Notes: generated by a model not told the origin, from the letters alone. 64,000 nt of DNA from Zygnema circumcarinatum SAG 698-1b (GCA_037447605.1 CM074817.1:1178001-1242000); one strand, 5' to 3'. Positions 24,205 through 35,817 are shown, counted from the stretch's first letter. Program-made: numbers and translations.

Positions 24205-26135
24205 TTAATTTATCCAACCTGTGCCTTCATTCTGATTTCTCTCCACTATCACCTCCTCTATGATTGTCACTAGCGTCACCATGAGAGCTGTATCCACCTG
24301 CATTTTCAATTCATGCCAGCACCATTGTAGCACAGAGTTAAGACGGAGGTACTGGTCACAAAGGAGGGCAAGCAAAACGGGCACCAACTTGTTTCCCAAG
24401 ACAAACAAGGCATGTTGTTACTTCTGAAAGGAAACGTGTCAACAGCTCTTATTTGAGTACAACCTGATAGGAATGCAGACATCATAAAGTGTAAGTTGAT
24501 GTTTCTGAGCATGGTCCAGCACATACCCCTGGGAATATTCGGAGGTAGTATGTGTCCTTTCCCAAGTAAGCTGCACGAGCAGAGAACATGTCGCGGCTAA
24601 CCTCAGCCAATAAGCGTCCTTCAGAATTCGAAATCTGTCCATAAACAACAAACGATAGTGCAGGTCAGACCATCTCCATCTAAGCTACTGTCTTTGTGAA
24701 GGATGAATGAACAGGACATAAAGTTCAAAGTTTGTAACTGGAACAGTCTTTTCAACAGGCTACACTTCAAACGCTAAGATGTTACGTAGAAAACGAACCT
24801 GAAAGTTCCTTTCGCCAAAGGTTCCTCGAATCAAGATGTCAGGATTTGAGGACTTGTTTCCTCGGAAGAAGACCTGCAGCAAAATCCATATGTTTTCCAT
24901 GCTACAATGAAATAAAACCTCTTTCGTTGCCAACGACAACGAGCACAAATATCAGACGCTTCAATTGAAAGGCCTTAATCAATTAGTCTCTCTCTTCTGA
25001 AAAAAAAGGAAATGCAGTTGACGGCTCCGAGGATTGCGTCTGCTGCAATGCAGCGAAAATTCTTCTTCTGCTCCATTCCTAAAAACATTTCCTTTCGAAG
25101 CCCCGCAAAAAGTTTGGAAACTTACATGGGCCTGTGGAGTAAGGGAGAAGACCACTTTGCGAAGCTCGGCAATTTTAGCAGACTCTTGTGGGTTCGCTCC
25201 TGGACAGATATATGTTACAGCCTTGAGACTCATCACCTTCTGCATGGTGCTGGAAACTGCGTTGCCAGCATTATCATATATTGCTCGCCTTTTATGCATG
25301 CTCACAATCCTGCAGCACCGCAAGAAAAATGGTTTAAGGGACTTTCAGAGAAGCAAAGATTGCTGAAACGACCGGCAGAAAAAAAAAAAATATATATATA
25401 TATATATATTCTTTTCAGGGACATAAACGCATGGCCCGCACAGAACAAGGGAAGCCTGACGTAAAAGGAGTGAGCCATCAAGCCATCCATTCACCGAGAA
25501 AAATAAATTGATGCCTTGCAGTGAATAGAACGCTGAATGGCCTTCCGATACAAAATGACAGCAGCCTTAGAAAGATAGCAAGTAAGAACAGCCAATATGA
25601 AGACTACTCACTTTGCTCGTAGTCTGAATTGAAGGGCGCCTGTGACGTCCGTGATGTCCATGTCATCTCGTGACCAGCTCTGAATCTCTCGCAGAACAAG
25701 AGTGGTCTCATATGGCAAAATGAACTGCGGTCCAAACAAACTCACTATGGGCTCTACCTGTGCAGGAGGGGCAACAGGGCCAGCAGGAGCCGCACCCGGA
25801 ATCGCTGTGTGGGACCTACCGCTACTGCTCCCTGCCTGGTAACTGCCACTATGGCTTTTCAGAGAATAGTCTCCAGCAGATGGTCCAGGAGGGTGAGGGT
25901 ATCCAGGAGGAGGCGCGCCATAGGTAGAGGGATGAGTTTGAGGAGGGTAGCCTGGAGCCTGAGGGTAGCCATGGCCACCTTGAGGCGGGTATCCAGAAGG
26001 AGGGTATCCAGGAGGTGGGTATCCAGGAGGCGGGTATCCAGGAGGCGGGTATCCAGAAGGAGCGTATCCAGAAGGAGGATAGCCTTGGTCGGGAGGGTAG
26101 CCAGGATAGCCCCCTGCAGGAGGATAATAAGACAT
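24205..26135 (-). CDS. LURP-one/Tubby-C-like (Tub_2) domain protein with N-terminal GYPP-repeat region
   Basis: MSYYPP..(GYPPP)n; LFGPQFILPYETTLVLRE..DMDITDVTGALQFRLRAK; IVSMHKRRAIYDNAGNAV; VFFRGNKSSNPDILIRGTFGERNFQ; GRLLAEVSRD..GKDTYYLRIFPG; VDTALMVTLVTIIEE..*. All exons join in frame. Confidence 0.85.
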
Positions 26136-26234
26136 GGCCTGGCCTGCAACGCTCTGAACGCTCCTTGAGCCTCCTTCTCCTCCAAAGCAGCCTCCCTACC
26201 TGCCTGCCTGTCTGCTTGCCTGCCTGTAAGTTTG

Positions 26235-26270
<36 letters not shown>

Positions 26271-26623
26271 CCCGCCTGCCTGCCTGCCTGCCTGTGAGCC
26301 TGCCTGCCTGCAGAACGCCTTCCAACAAATTAATACCACAAGGAAAGCAATGCAAATGTCACTGTTGTTGTCCTCCTCAACCTCCTTGCTCGTGAGTAAC
26401 ACGGAAATGGCGGGCAACGCGGAGAGCTGCACTGGGCGGACGGTATGAAGCCGGCACGACTAATTCTGAGTGCAGCCTTCAAACGCGGTCAAAGCGCGCG
26501 GACCAGAGAGAGGGCGCTGGCGCTTCCGGAGGAGGAGGGCCGATATTATCGCCGCAATACTCCTGGCGACATAGTATGGAATAATTTTCTATTACGAATA
26601 AATTTCAATTTTAGAGGCTTTTT

Positions 26624-26676
26624 GCTCGCTTAGCATGCGAGAGGTACCGGGATCGATTCCCCGCCCATCATCTCCA
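26624..26676 (+). pseudogene. tRNA-Ala(AGC) fragment (5' half missing, 3' end with insertion)
   Basis: GCTCGCTTAGCATGCGAGAGGTACCGGGATCGATTCCCCGCCCATCATCTCCA; positional paralogue of the tRNA at 30926. Confidence 0.85.
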
Positions 26677-26729
26677 TTAAAACTCTGAGACTAACTGAGT
26701 CTCAATTTTTCTTCATGCACTTGTACGCG

Positions 26730-27056
26730 TTCTGTCGGGAAAGTGCCCGATGACGTGCTTGGAGGATGTGGAAATTTGACTACCGAGAAGAAAGAAGAAG
26801 AAGTAGAAGATTTTTCGTACTATTTTTCTGAAGCAAATATATGTAGGAGAAAGGAAGTGGCATCGATCTCACGATGGCGAGTGGCAATCAAATGTACATG
26901 CACAAAATCATCATGGGGAACCACGAGGAACTGGTCGCAAAGGACCTAAGCACAAAAGAAAAAAGCTATGAGCGGAAATGAGGCAATTGAATGCAGTCCT
27001 TATTGCACCTCTTGTACCTGCAGCAGGCAACATATGCAGGAGGCCGACTGCTGACG
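26730..27056 (+). pseudogene. Duplicated fragment of LMW-PTP intron 1 and start of exon 2
   Basis: Matches ~32703-32877 (CTGTCGGGAAAGT..GCAACATATGCAGGAG, NICR), interrupted by a 133-bp insertion. Confidence 0.85.
26848..26980 (+). mobile_element. ~130-bp dispersed element, copy B (full length, with empty-site paralogue)
   Basis: ATGT-AGG-[133 bp]-AGG-CAATTGAATG here versus ATGT-AGG-CAATCGAATG at 32802-32818. Confidence 0.85.
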
Positions 27057-27065
27057 TTTTTGAGT

Positions 27066-27138
27066 GCTTTCTTTTGTGCTTAGGACCTTTGCGACAAGTT
27101 CCTCGTGGTTCCCGATGATAATTTTGTCCATGCACATT
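27066..27138 (-). mobile_element. ~130-bp dispersed element, copy C (5'-truncated) at the duplication junction
   Basis: GCTTTCTTTTGTGCTTAGGACCTTTGCGACAAGTTCCTCGTGGTTCCCGATG is the reverse complement of the element's 3' half. Confidence 0.8.
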
Positions 27139-27197
27139 GTATTGTATTGTATTGTATTGTATTGTATCTATATTGTACTGTATTGTATTGTATTGTG
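27136..27197. repeat. (ATTGT)n microsatellite at the duplication junction
   Basis: ATTGTATTGTATTGT... directly between element copy C and the start of unit 2. Confidence 0.9.
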
Positions 27198-27293
27198 TCC
27201 ATGTTGTGCTTGTAGAAAGGGTGTAGCGACTTTTTATAGCAGCTTGAAAGGGGAGGAAATTGCCGTTCCTGCATGTGCGGTGGCTGCAAGCAG

Positions 27294-27586
27294 AGGTAGA
27301 AGCAGATTGCCGCAAATGCTGTACTTCCGACGATGATGATGACGCCAATGTCAAGGTCAGAATTGGGCCAACTTTCTTTTCCTGCACTTTACTAATTTTG
27401 GATCATGCTCCAATACAAAGCAGGCAGCATTAGGGTAACGAAGTCCAGTAAAGTAGTTGTATCGCTTTAGTTGCATGCTTGCTGTGTACTGTCTAATTCC
27501 TTGTTTTGGCCGAGTGCAGGATCGATAGTTGGCGCACGGCACATATTGAGGTCTACTTGCAGCAAAAGCTCAAGGCGGCTGTGTGA
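27294..27586 (+). pseudogene. Sep15-like pseudogene
   Basis: Keeps exon 2 (EVEADCRKCCTSDDDD) and the last exon (RIDSWRTAHIEVYLQQKL). Exon 1 is absent, and the CMR exon is removed by a deletion of roughly 670 bp relative to unit 1. Confidence 0.88.
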
Positions 27587-27821
27587 TATTTCGAAACTAT
27601 TTAACATGTGATAACATGGTCTCCCAGGTTAAACCTTCACAAGATGTAAAAAACGATGTATCTCAAAACTTGTAACTCTTAATGATCTAATTGACCAAAC
27701 AGATTATGCCTCTCATAACATGCTCAATGGTGTAGAGTTTTCCTTGAAGCTTAGGGTTCTGCATTCAAAGTGTGATGTGATGTACATCAAAAGCATCCAG
27801 GTGGCCATCCATCATCTGCTC

Positions 27822-28179
27822 AACTTACAGAGACAAATTTGGTATTCACACAAGACATTGATTAAATTTTGAGAAATATCTTCGTAGTTCGAGAGGAGCT
27901 AGGATTTGAAACAAGAGACCTGTTAGAACATATCGAGGGCCGAGCAGCTCGAGAGAAGCTGGCAACTCTAGCAGGACTTGACACAGCAGATATAGAGGAC
28001 CTAGCAGCATGCCTATACGGAGCACCAAGAGCTGTAAAGTTAAATGAGACCCCACTCTTTACTCCTAATATTTATGCTGAAGGAGAAGGAGAAGAAGGAA
28101 GCGGGTGGCTCTTATTGAACTCCCAACCTTTTTTGTGAAACACGCAGAGAATTGTAATAGTTAGTATCAATACGCCCTT
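27822..28179 (+). mobile_element. ~358-bp insertion specific to unit 2, carrying an ORF-like remnant
   Basis: Absent at the paralogous site (~23762, CTGCTCGAAACTCCTCG); bounded by AACT on both sides; contains ORF 27869-28138. Confidence 0.6.
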
Positions 28180-28620
28180 AACTCCTCGTTCGTGCATTCT
28201 TACGAAGCTGCTTTAAGGATTTCGTATCCTGCTTGCATGGAACTTCCATCACCAACCAAGAGTACGCTTCCAAGGGAACGATAAGTTCCACAGACAAGTT
28301 CAAAAGATGACGGGGAAGGATATCAATAATTACAAGCAAATAATAATCCCCATGAGCAATGTTGGAAACCACTAGTACTGACAGCTTACCCACTTCCCTT
28401 TGCCATCCAGTAATAAGCTGACATCGCAGATCTCCCTTATACGTTTTATTACCACGTGCATTATGCACAGATTAATTTTAATAGATGCTCCGTTCACAAT
28501 CCTCGACTCCTTGGGATTCCCCAGCTATGGCCTAGTGCCATTTCCCTCCATTCCTTAGCTAAAACTGAAGATTAAAACTGCAGAGATATGGTCACTTCCT
28601 CCCTTCGGTATCTCCCGTAT

Positions 28621-30563
28621 TTAATTCAACCAACCTGTGCCTTCATTCTGATTTCACTCCACCATCACCTCCTCTATGATTGTCGCTAGCGTCACCACGA
28701 GAGCTGTATCCACCTGCATTTTCAATTTATGCCACACCATTGTAGCACAGAGTTAAAACGGAGGTGCTGGTCACAAAGGGCAAGCAAAACAGGCACCAAC
28801 TTGTTTCCCAAAACAAACAAGTCATGCTGTTAGTTCTGAAAGGAAACGTGTCAACAGCCTTTTCGTCGAGTACAAACTGATGTGAATGCAGACATAACTT
28901 ACACTTTATATATATATATATATAAATATATAAAGTGTAAATTGATATTTCTGAGCGTGGTCCGACACCTACCCCTGGGAATATTCGGAGGTAGTATGTG
29001 TCCTTTCCCGATTGAACTGCAGAGGAAATGCCGCGAGTAACCCTCGCCAATAAGCGATCGTCAGAAGTCGAAATCTGTTCAGAAACAACAAACGATAGTG
29101 CAGGTCAGATCAACTCCATCTGAGCTACTGTTTTGTGAAGGATCAATGCACAAGGCATTAAGCTCAAAGTTTATAACTGGAACAGTCGTTTCAACAGACT
29201 GCACTTCAAACGCTAAGATGTTAGGCAGAAAACGAACCTCAAATTCTCTTTCGCCAAAGGTTCCTCGAATCAAGATGTCATGATTTGAGGACTTGTTTCC
29301 TCGGATGAAAACCTGCAGCAAAATCCAAATGTTTTCCATGCTAAATTAAAACCCCTTTCGTTGCCAAACTACAACGAGCACAAATATCAGACGCTTCAAT
29401 TGAAAGCCTTTAATCAATTAGTCTCTCTCTCCTGACAAAAATGGAAAAGCAGTTGACGGCTCCGAAGATTGCGTCTGCTGTTATGCAGCTAAAATTCTTC
29501 TTCTGCCCGTTCCTAGAAACATTTCCTCTCGAAGCCCCGCAAGAAGTTTGGAAACTTACATGGGCCAGTGGAGTACCGCCGGAGAAGACCACTTTGCGAA
29601 GTTCGGCAATTTTAGCAGACTCTTGTGGGTTCGCTCCTGGACAGATATATGTTACAGCCTTGAGACTCATCACCTTCTGCATGGTGCTGGAAACTGCGTT
29701 GCCAGCATTATCATATATTGCTCGCCTTTTATGCATGCTCTTAATGCTGCAGCACCGCAAGAAAAAGGTTATTGTGTTGAAGGGTCTTCCAGAGAAGCAA
29801 CGATTGCTCTAACAACAGGAAAAAAAAAGAAAATTATTCTTTTCAGGGACATAAACGCATGGCCTGCACATAACAAGGGAAGTCTGACGTAAAAGCAGTG
29901 AGTCAGCGAGGCATCCATTCACCGAAAAAAAGGATTGAAGCCTTTGCAGTGAATAGAACGCTGAATGGCCTTCCCATACAAACTAACAGCAGCCTTAGAA
30001 AGATAGCAAGTAAGTACAGCCAATACGAAGACTACTCACTTTGATCGTAGTCTGAAATGAGGGGCGCCTGTAATGTCCGTGATGTCCATGTCAACCTTTG
30101 TCGAGTTCTCAATCTCTCGCAGAACAAGAGTAGTCTCATATAGCAAAACGAACTGCGGTCCGAACAAACTCACTATGGGCTCTACCTGTGCAGGAGGGGC
30201 AACAGGGCCAACAGGAGCCGCACCCGGAATCGCTGTGTGAGACCTACCGCTACTGCTCCCTGCCTGGTAACTGCCACTATGGCTTTTCAGATAATAGTCT
30301 CCAGCAGATGGTCCAGGAGGATGAGGGTATCCAGGAGGAGGCGCGCCATAGGTAGAGGGATGAGTTTGAGGAGGGTAGCCTGGAGCCTGAGGGTAGCCAT
30401 GGCCACCTTGAGGCGGGTATCCAGAAGGAGGGTATCCAGGAGGCGGGTATCCAGGAAGTGGGTACCCAGGAGGCGGGTATCCAGGAAGAGGTTACCCAGA
30501 AGGAGGATAGCCTTGGCTGGGAGGGTAGAAAGTATAGCCCCCTGCAGGAGGATGATAAGACAT
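28621..30563 (-). pseudogene. LURP-one paralogue with nonsense mutations
   Basis: ATG at 30563, in-frame TAA at 30494-30492 (GGG TAA where the repeat has GGG TAC/TAT), and GAG TGA in the last exon where copy 1 has GAG AGA. Exon structure otherwise retained. Confidence 0.82.
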
Positions 30564-30925
30564 GGCCTGGCCTGCAATGCTCTGAGCGATCCTTGAGCCT
30601 CCTCCTCCTCCAAAGCAGCCTGCAAGCCTGCCTGCCTGCCTGCCTGCTTGCCTGCTTGCCTACTGCTGACCTGGTCGCGTGATTTCCACGGAGGGTCGCA
30701 ACGCGGCGAGCTGCCATTGGGTGGACGGGATTCAGCTGTCGCGTCAAACGCGGTCAAAGCGCGCGGACCAGTGGGAGGGGCCGAGGCTTCCGGAGGGGCG
30801 GGAAAAGTGGGCGGGAGGGGGGTGGTGCCCATATTATCGCTGCGATACGGTAGGATACTGGACCGTGCTGCTTAGTTAGTGAAAAAAAGAGTTTAAATAA
30901 AATTTAAAGCAATACCCTGTCATCC

Positions 30926-30998
30926 GGGGATGTAGCTCACATGGTAGAGCGCTCGCTTAGCATGCGAGAGGTACGGGGATCGATACCCCGCATCTCCA
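30926..30998 (+). tRNA. tRNA-Ala(AGC)
   Basis: GGGGATGTAGCTCACATGGTAGAGCGCTCGCTTAGCATGCGAGAGGTACGGGGATCGATACCCCGCATCTCCA; 73 nt cloverleaf, G3:U70, anticodon loop TTAGCAT. Confidence 0.97.
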
Positions 30999-31106
30999 TG
31001 TCTTTATGAAACCGTCGCTTTTTATTTTTATGAACCTTTTAGCGTACAGCTCAACGCAATTGGTGCAGAACCCCCCCCTTAATATTTTCCACCCGTACAG
31101 TGAGAA

Positions 31107-31146
31107 ACAGTACCGCCGCAGGCCGGACTCTTAACATAATACCGCC

Positions 31147-31209
<63 letters not shown>

Positions 31210-32016
31210 TTTCAGATTCCAAGATTTTCGCCCAATAATATTTGTGCCGAAACCATGGCGAAAATATTGGAGATTGATGGACCCCTCCCCCTTTTGGATA
31301 TCCTCTCCCCCTTTCGGGGAAAGTTCGCACTTCCATTTCGGCTATCCACTCCCCCCCCCTTTTTTTTTGTTTCTCCTCTCACACATCAACGCAATGTCAA
31401 ACACAAAAAACAAACAAACCAAACACAAACAAAAAACACAAAGAAAAAAAACACATTCGTAGAGAGAAAGCAAAGCATAGCATGCATTATGTGGATGTGA
31501 AGCTCTATGATGATGTAATGGCTGGCTTGCTTTGCTTTGCTTCTCGTTTTTGCTTTCTCTTTCTCTTTCTCTCTCTTGCTCTCTCTTTCTCTCTCTCTCT
31601 CTCTCGCTCTCTTTCTCTCTTCCTTTCTCTCTTTCTTTCTCTCTTTCTCTTTCTCTCTTTCTCTCTTTCTCTCTTTCTCTCCTTCTCTCCTTCTCTCCTC
31701 TCTATCTCTCTTTCTCTTTCTCTCTCTCTCTCTTTCTCTCTCTCTCTTTCTCTCTCTCTCTTTTTCTCTCTCTCTTTTTCTCTCTCTCTTTCTCTCTGTC
31801 AATCTCTGAGAGAGAACTAGGCTTGGATCTCTCTGCGAATGTGGTTGCGGACATTGCGTTGATGTGTGAGAGGAGAAACAAAAAAAAAAAAAAAAAAAAG
31901 GGGGGGCAGGGAGTGGACAGCCAAATTGAAGTACGAAATTTCCCGACAAGGGGGAGAGGATATTCGAAAAGGGGGGAGAGTCTACCATTCTCCAAAATAT
32001 GTGGGGGCGGTACTGT
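31107..32016. repeat. Imperfect inverted repeat (~140-bp arms, 31262-31398 and 31850-32000) around CT-rich microsatellite DNA; MITE-like
   Basis: TCTCCTCTCACACATCAACGCAATGTC is the reverse complement of GACATTGCGTTGATGTGTGAGAGGAGA; similarity continues through GGATATCCTCTCCCCC/GGGGGAGAGGATATTC. Outer ACAGTACCGCC (31107) / GGCGGTACTGT (32006). Confidence 0.75.
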
Positions 32017-32252
32017 AACCAACAGCCGTTCCCCATGGCCATGCATCCGTACGGACGAGGGCTTGGACCGCATCCGTACCCCATGGCCATGCCATGCCTC
32101 CCTCCAATCACATCGCCTATTGGCCCGCGCCCGACGGGATTTCAGATCTCCCGTTATGTACGGACCGTATTGTACCGCGGCTCAAGCGTGCGGCGGGCCA
32201 TGGCGGCAGTTCAGCTTAGCTCCTGCACTCCGAGCGGCAGGCACCCTCCGCC

Positions 32253-34631
32253 ATGGCGCTTGCGCCCCTGCTGCTCCTGCAACCTCTCTCTAACTCTCAG
32301 CCGTCGCTCGAATGCGCAGGCACAGGGAGCTGCAGCGCTGTTGTATTGACTGGACGAGGAGCTTTGACGTTGTTTGACAGGAAGAGGACTGCTGTGCAGA
32401 CTGCTTGGTTGAGTGTGAGGTTGCGAAGGCAGCAGGTTGAAAGGAAGAGGTTTGTTGGCAGTGGATTAGGCACGCTGATAGAGAGAGAGAGGGGAACGGT
32501 TGTGCGGATGGCTTTGGAGACAAGTCATGGAATTGGAGCGGACGTGGAGAGGAGTCGGCCGCCATTTGGAGTACTGTTCGTATGCCTGGGTTCGTCAGTG
32601 ACCTTATTTTGACGTTATGGATTGTGCATTCAGCATTGTTGTCTCGTCCGTGATCTCCTAGTCCTGGCTTCCCACTGTGGAGAGAGTATCAGATATTGAT
32701 AGTTCTGTCGGGAAAGTACCAGATGACGTGCTTGAAGGATGCTGGAATCCGACTACCGAGAAGGTGCATTAGAAGATTTTCGTACTCTTTTTCTGAAGCA
32801 AATGTAGGCAATCGAATGCAGTCCTTATTGCTCTTGTACCTGTGGCAGGCAACATATGCAGGAGTCCAACTGCTGAAGCCGTGTTCACATATGCGGTGAA
32901 GGCCAAGGGACTAGAGGATAAATACAAGATCGACTCTGCCGGAACTATAAACTACCACGAGGTGAGCACCAGCTTGTTGGCTCATGCTTTTTCGAGTTCC
33001 GTGATTCTTCAGATTTCGTGGTGTTGACTTCTCATTGTTCAGATGGAAATACTTGAGTGGAAATGTAATTGACCGGATTTGTTTATCTGAGTGAAGTTTA
33101 CCTGTTTTCCTAAGCATTCATGGAGGGACATGCCGGAATTGCATATTATGAAGAGAGGATTTGCAACGGTAGATGCTTGTTAATTTTTAGCCTAGTGGAG
33201 GGGGAAGGTCAAAGATATGAGAAGACTTCTATAATCAGTTCAATGAGTTCACATTCAGGAACAAAGCAAACTGTATTGTGTGTTTTTGTTATAATGATTT
33301 CGTTAGTTCAGGACTTGGTCTTGTACGACTTATTCGTATATGGATACTTCAGTTATCTTCTAATTGTCAGAGAAGGTACCTTCTCTGTTCTCTGTTCTCG
33401 GCTGTGGCAACATAGGGAGACCCTGCGGATGCGCGTATGAGAGCAGCAGCAATCAAGCGAGGAGTGAAGCTCACATCCATTTCCCGGCCAATTCGACCAT
33501 CAGACTTCAGCGACTTTGATCTCATACTCGCCATGGATCGTCAAAACTATGGTAAAAGCCTGTGTAAGCGCACTTAGACTTCCCTATTTGCAGCTCAGTG
33601 AAGGAACACTTGAATGAATTATCATTATGCAACAAGGTTCATTGTTCCAGTTTTTTGTTGAATTCAGAGCAGATACAAGTTGCAGGAAGACATGCTTGTT
33701 GCTTGAGACTTCGCTTCACGTGAACGATTGGGCGGGTGGGTGTAACTGAATGGGTTATTTCAGCCAACACTCCCGAAATTCATTATTGTTTTGTGAACTT
33801 GCAGAGGACATCATGGCAGCTCATCGTAATTGGAGCAACAAGTATTCTCTGCCGGCTGGCTCACATAATAAGGTGATCCTTTTATTCTCCGCAAAATGTC
33901 AGCAGGACCGACTGCGAATATAGCTGAGGAAAGCTGGAGTCTAGCGCTGGTTTATTTTCTTCGTGGTTTGTGAGGATCTAAAGACTCTTGAAGGATGTTT
34001 AGTAGGTCTTCCTGTTCAAGTTTTTATGTCAGCTCAGTTCAGTTCAGGTCAGTTCAGTATTTCTGCTTACTTGCAGTTTCTGCAAGTAAGCAGTTTCTTT
34101 AGATGGACGTTGTCATCCTTGCTCCTGGCGGTTGCCATTCTCTCTTGCTGCATATCTGTCCATTGCCTTATGATGTCACCTCTTCACCTTGTTCTTTTTT
34201 AAACAAAAATGATGATTTCCCTAACTTGTGTTGACAATCTCCTTTGGGCTGTTACAGGTGAAGCTAATGTGTAGTTATTGCTCTAAGTCTGAACGCGATG
34301 AAGTTCCAGATCCGTACTACGGGGGCCCAGAGGGATTTGAAAAGGTCGGCTACCCTGCTCTGTAATCTTCGATGAAAGGGGAAACGTAAAGTTTAAGGAA
34401 CAGAGAGTGGGTTCCACGCAGAGATGTTTTCTCTCGCTCATGTTTGAATTGGATAGCCCAATATTGGAAAGCCGCTGTCCACGTCATTTTCGTTTTAAAG
34501 TATGATTTCGCCCCCGTGTTCACACTGTCAGCTTTGGGATGGCCGTATTGCAGGTGTTGGACCTCCTTGAAGATGCGTGCGGAGGGTTACTAGATTCTCT
34601 CGAGCGTCAGGAGCAAACACTGCAAGCCTAA
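32253..34631 (+). CDS. Low-molecular-weight protein tyrosine phosphatase with an N-terminal extension (possible organellar transit peptide)
   Basis: P-loop VLFVCLG/NICRSPTAEA split by intron 1; DSAGTINYHE; SRPIRPSDFSDFDLILAMD; EVPDPYYGGPEGFEK; VLDLLEDAC..QA* at 34631. Confidence 0.93.
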
Positions 34632-35577
34632 ACTCCTATTCGATGACAATACAGTGAGGGAGTCGTATCATTGACTTGAATGCGGTCGTGGTATGATGTT
34701 CCTTTGTATACTTCTCCCAGATATAAAGGGTCTGTTATGTCCTTATACTGCTGCAGGTGTGCTGGAGCCCGTCCCGAGTTAATAAGCTACGATTGCTTTT
34801 TGTAGACTCGTTCAGGCGACAGAGTGTGTGATGTTTCAGATAGTAACTATAGTTCCAGATATCAACGATATGGAGCCAAGCCTTGTCACCGAGGCGCTTG
34901 TGGGTTTCTTCTGAGAATGAAAGGCGAAGCAAATGTGCGTGTCTTTCTAGAGATAATGGCCTGTGGGGGATGAGACAGTGCTTGAGAGTCGTCCAGCATC
35001 TATGCTTGCAATTGTGCCGCATGTGCTCCATGAGGCATGTGGAGGATAGTCGACTAGTGGCGGCGAATTCTCTCCTAACCTTTTCGAAAGCGTTTAGTAT
35101 AAGTTACTGATACTAAACTAGTTATAAGGAGTTAATAACACTAAAAACTTGTAATGGTAGTTACTAATTACTAAGTACCAAGCTTAAGAGCTACAAGAAC
35201 TTCACGTGGTAAAAAGTCACACATGCTGGTTGTTTTAGGCAGATTTAAGGCTTACACTGAGACTGCGCTTTCAAGTATGGCACCACACCCTAAACCCGGT
35301 ACGGCGGTGCTGCTGTTTCCCGACCTCTTATGGCCGTGTGCGCCCGATGTGTAATGTCATGCATGGCAGTCTGTAGAATGAAGCCCTAAAATTTGACAAA
35401 TGTGACGTGATGTGATCAAGTTGTGAACATGTCTCATTCGCTGAAACGGCGTTTTGTCAATCCTACAGAGGGCGCTCACAAGTCAAAGCAATCATCGCAT
35501 TGTCACGAGCCAGTCGCGTTACCTGCAACAGCAGCCTCGCATCCCAGCAATTGTGATGGGCTCGTCAATGAAGACGG

Positions 35578-35675
35578 GAGAGATGTGGAATTGATCTCAC
35601 GATGGCGGTGCCATCAAATGTATAAACGAAATCATGAAGGGGAACCACGAGGAATTGGCCGCGAAGGAACATAGG
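35578..35675 (+). mobile_element. ~130-bp dispersed element, copy D
   Basis: GTGGAATTGATCTCACGATGGCGGTGCCATCAAATG..GGGGAACCACGAGGAATTGGCCGCGAAGGAAC. Confidence 0.8.
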
Positions 35676-35700
35676 TGGATATTGGTGGCCTAGGCGTAGT

Positions 35701-35817
35701 TTTCCGCTCCTAGCTTTGAACTTCTGTGCTTAGGTCCTTTGCGACCAATTCCTCGTGGTTTCCCATGATGATTTTGTCTTTGTACATTTGATGGCGATCA
35801 ATGCCACACCCTTCTCT
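35701..35817 (-). mobile_element. ~130-bp dispersed element, copy E (inverted relative to D, ~25 bp away)
   Basis: TTTCCGCTCCTAGC..GTGCTTAGGTCCTTTGCGACCAATTCCTCGTGGTTTCCCATG..GATCAATGCCAC. Confidence 0.8.

Larger units (their letters stand above)
22458..27056. repeat. Tandem segmental duplication, unit 1
   Basis: Colinear similarity to 27201-32877 through Sep15 3' part, LURP gene, tRNA-Ala and LMW-PTP intron1/exon2, including introns and intergenic DNA. Confidence 0.92.
27201..32877. repeat. Tandem segmental duplication, unit 2
   Basis: Paralogous to 22458-27056. Confidence 0.9.

Noticed and set aside
24760-24800. Premature stop in LURP copy 1 (..LAFEV*)
   Set aside because: The stop lies in an intron after the CAG|GT donor; the spliced frame is open to 24205.
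31386-32293. Long ORFs (241 and 253 aa) of ER/SL repeats, and similar ORFs at 3868-4185 and 16389-16841
   Set aside because: They are translations of CT/GA microsatellite or purine tracts that happen to lack stop codons.
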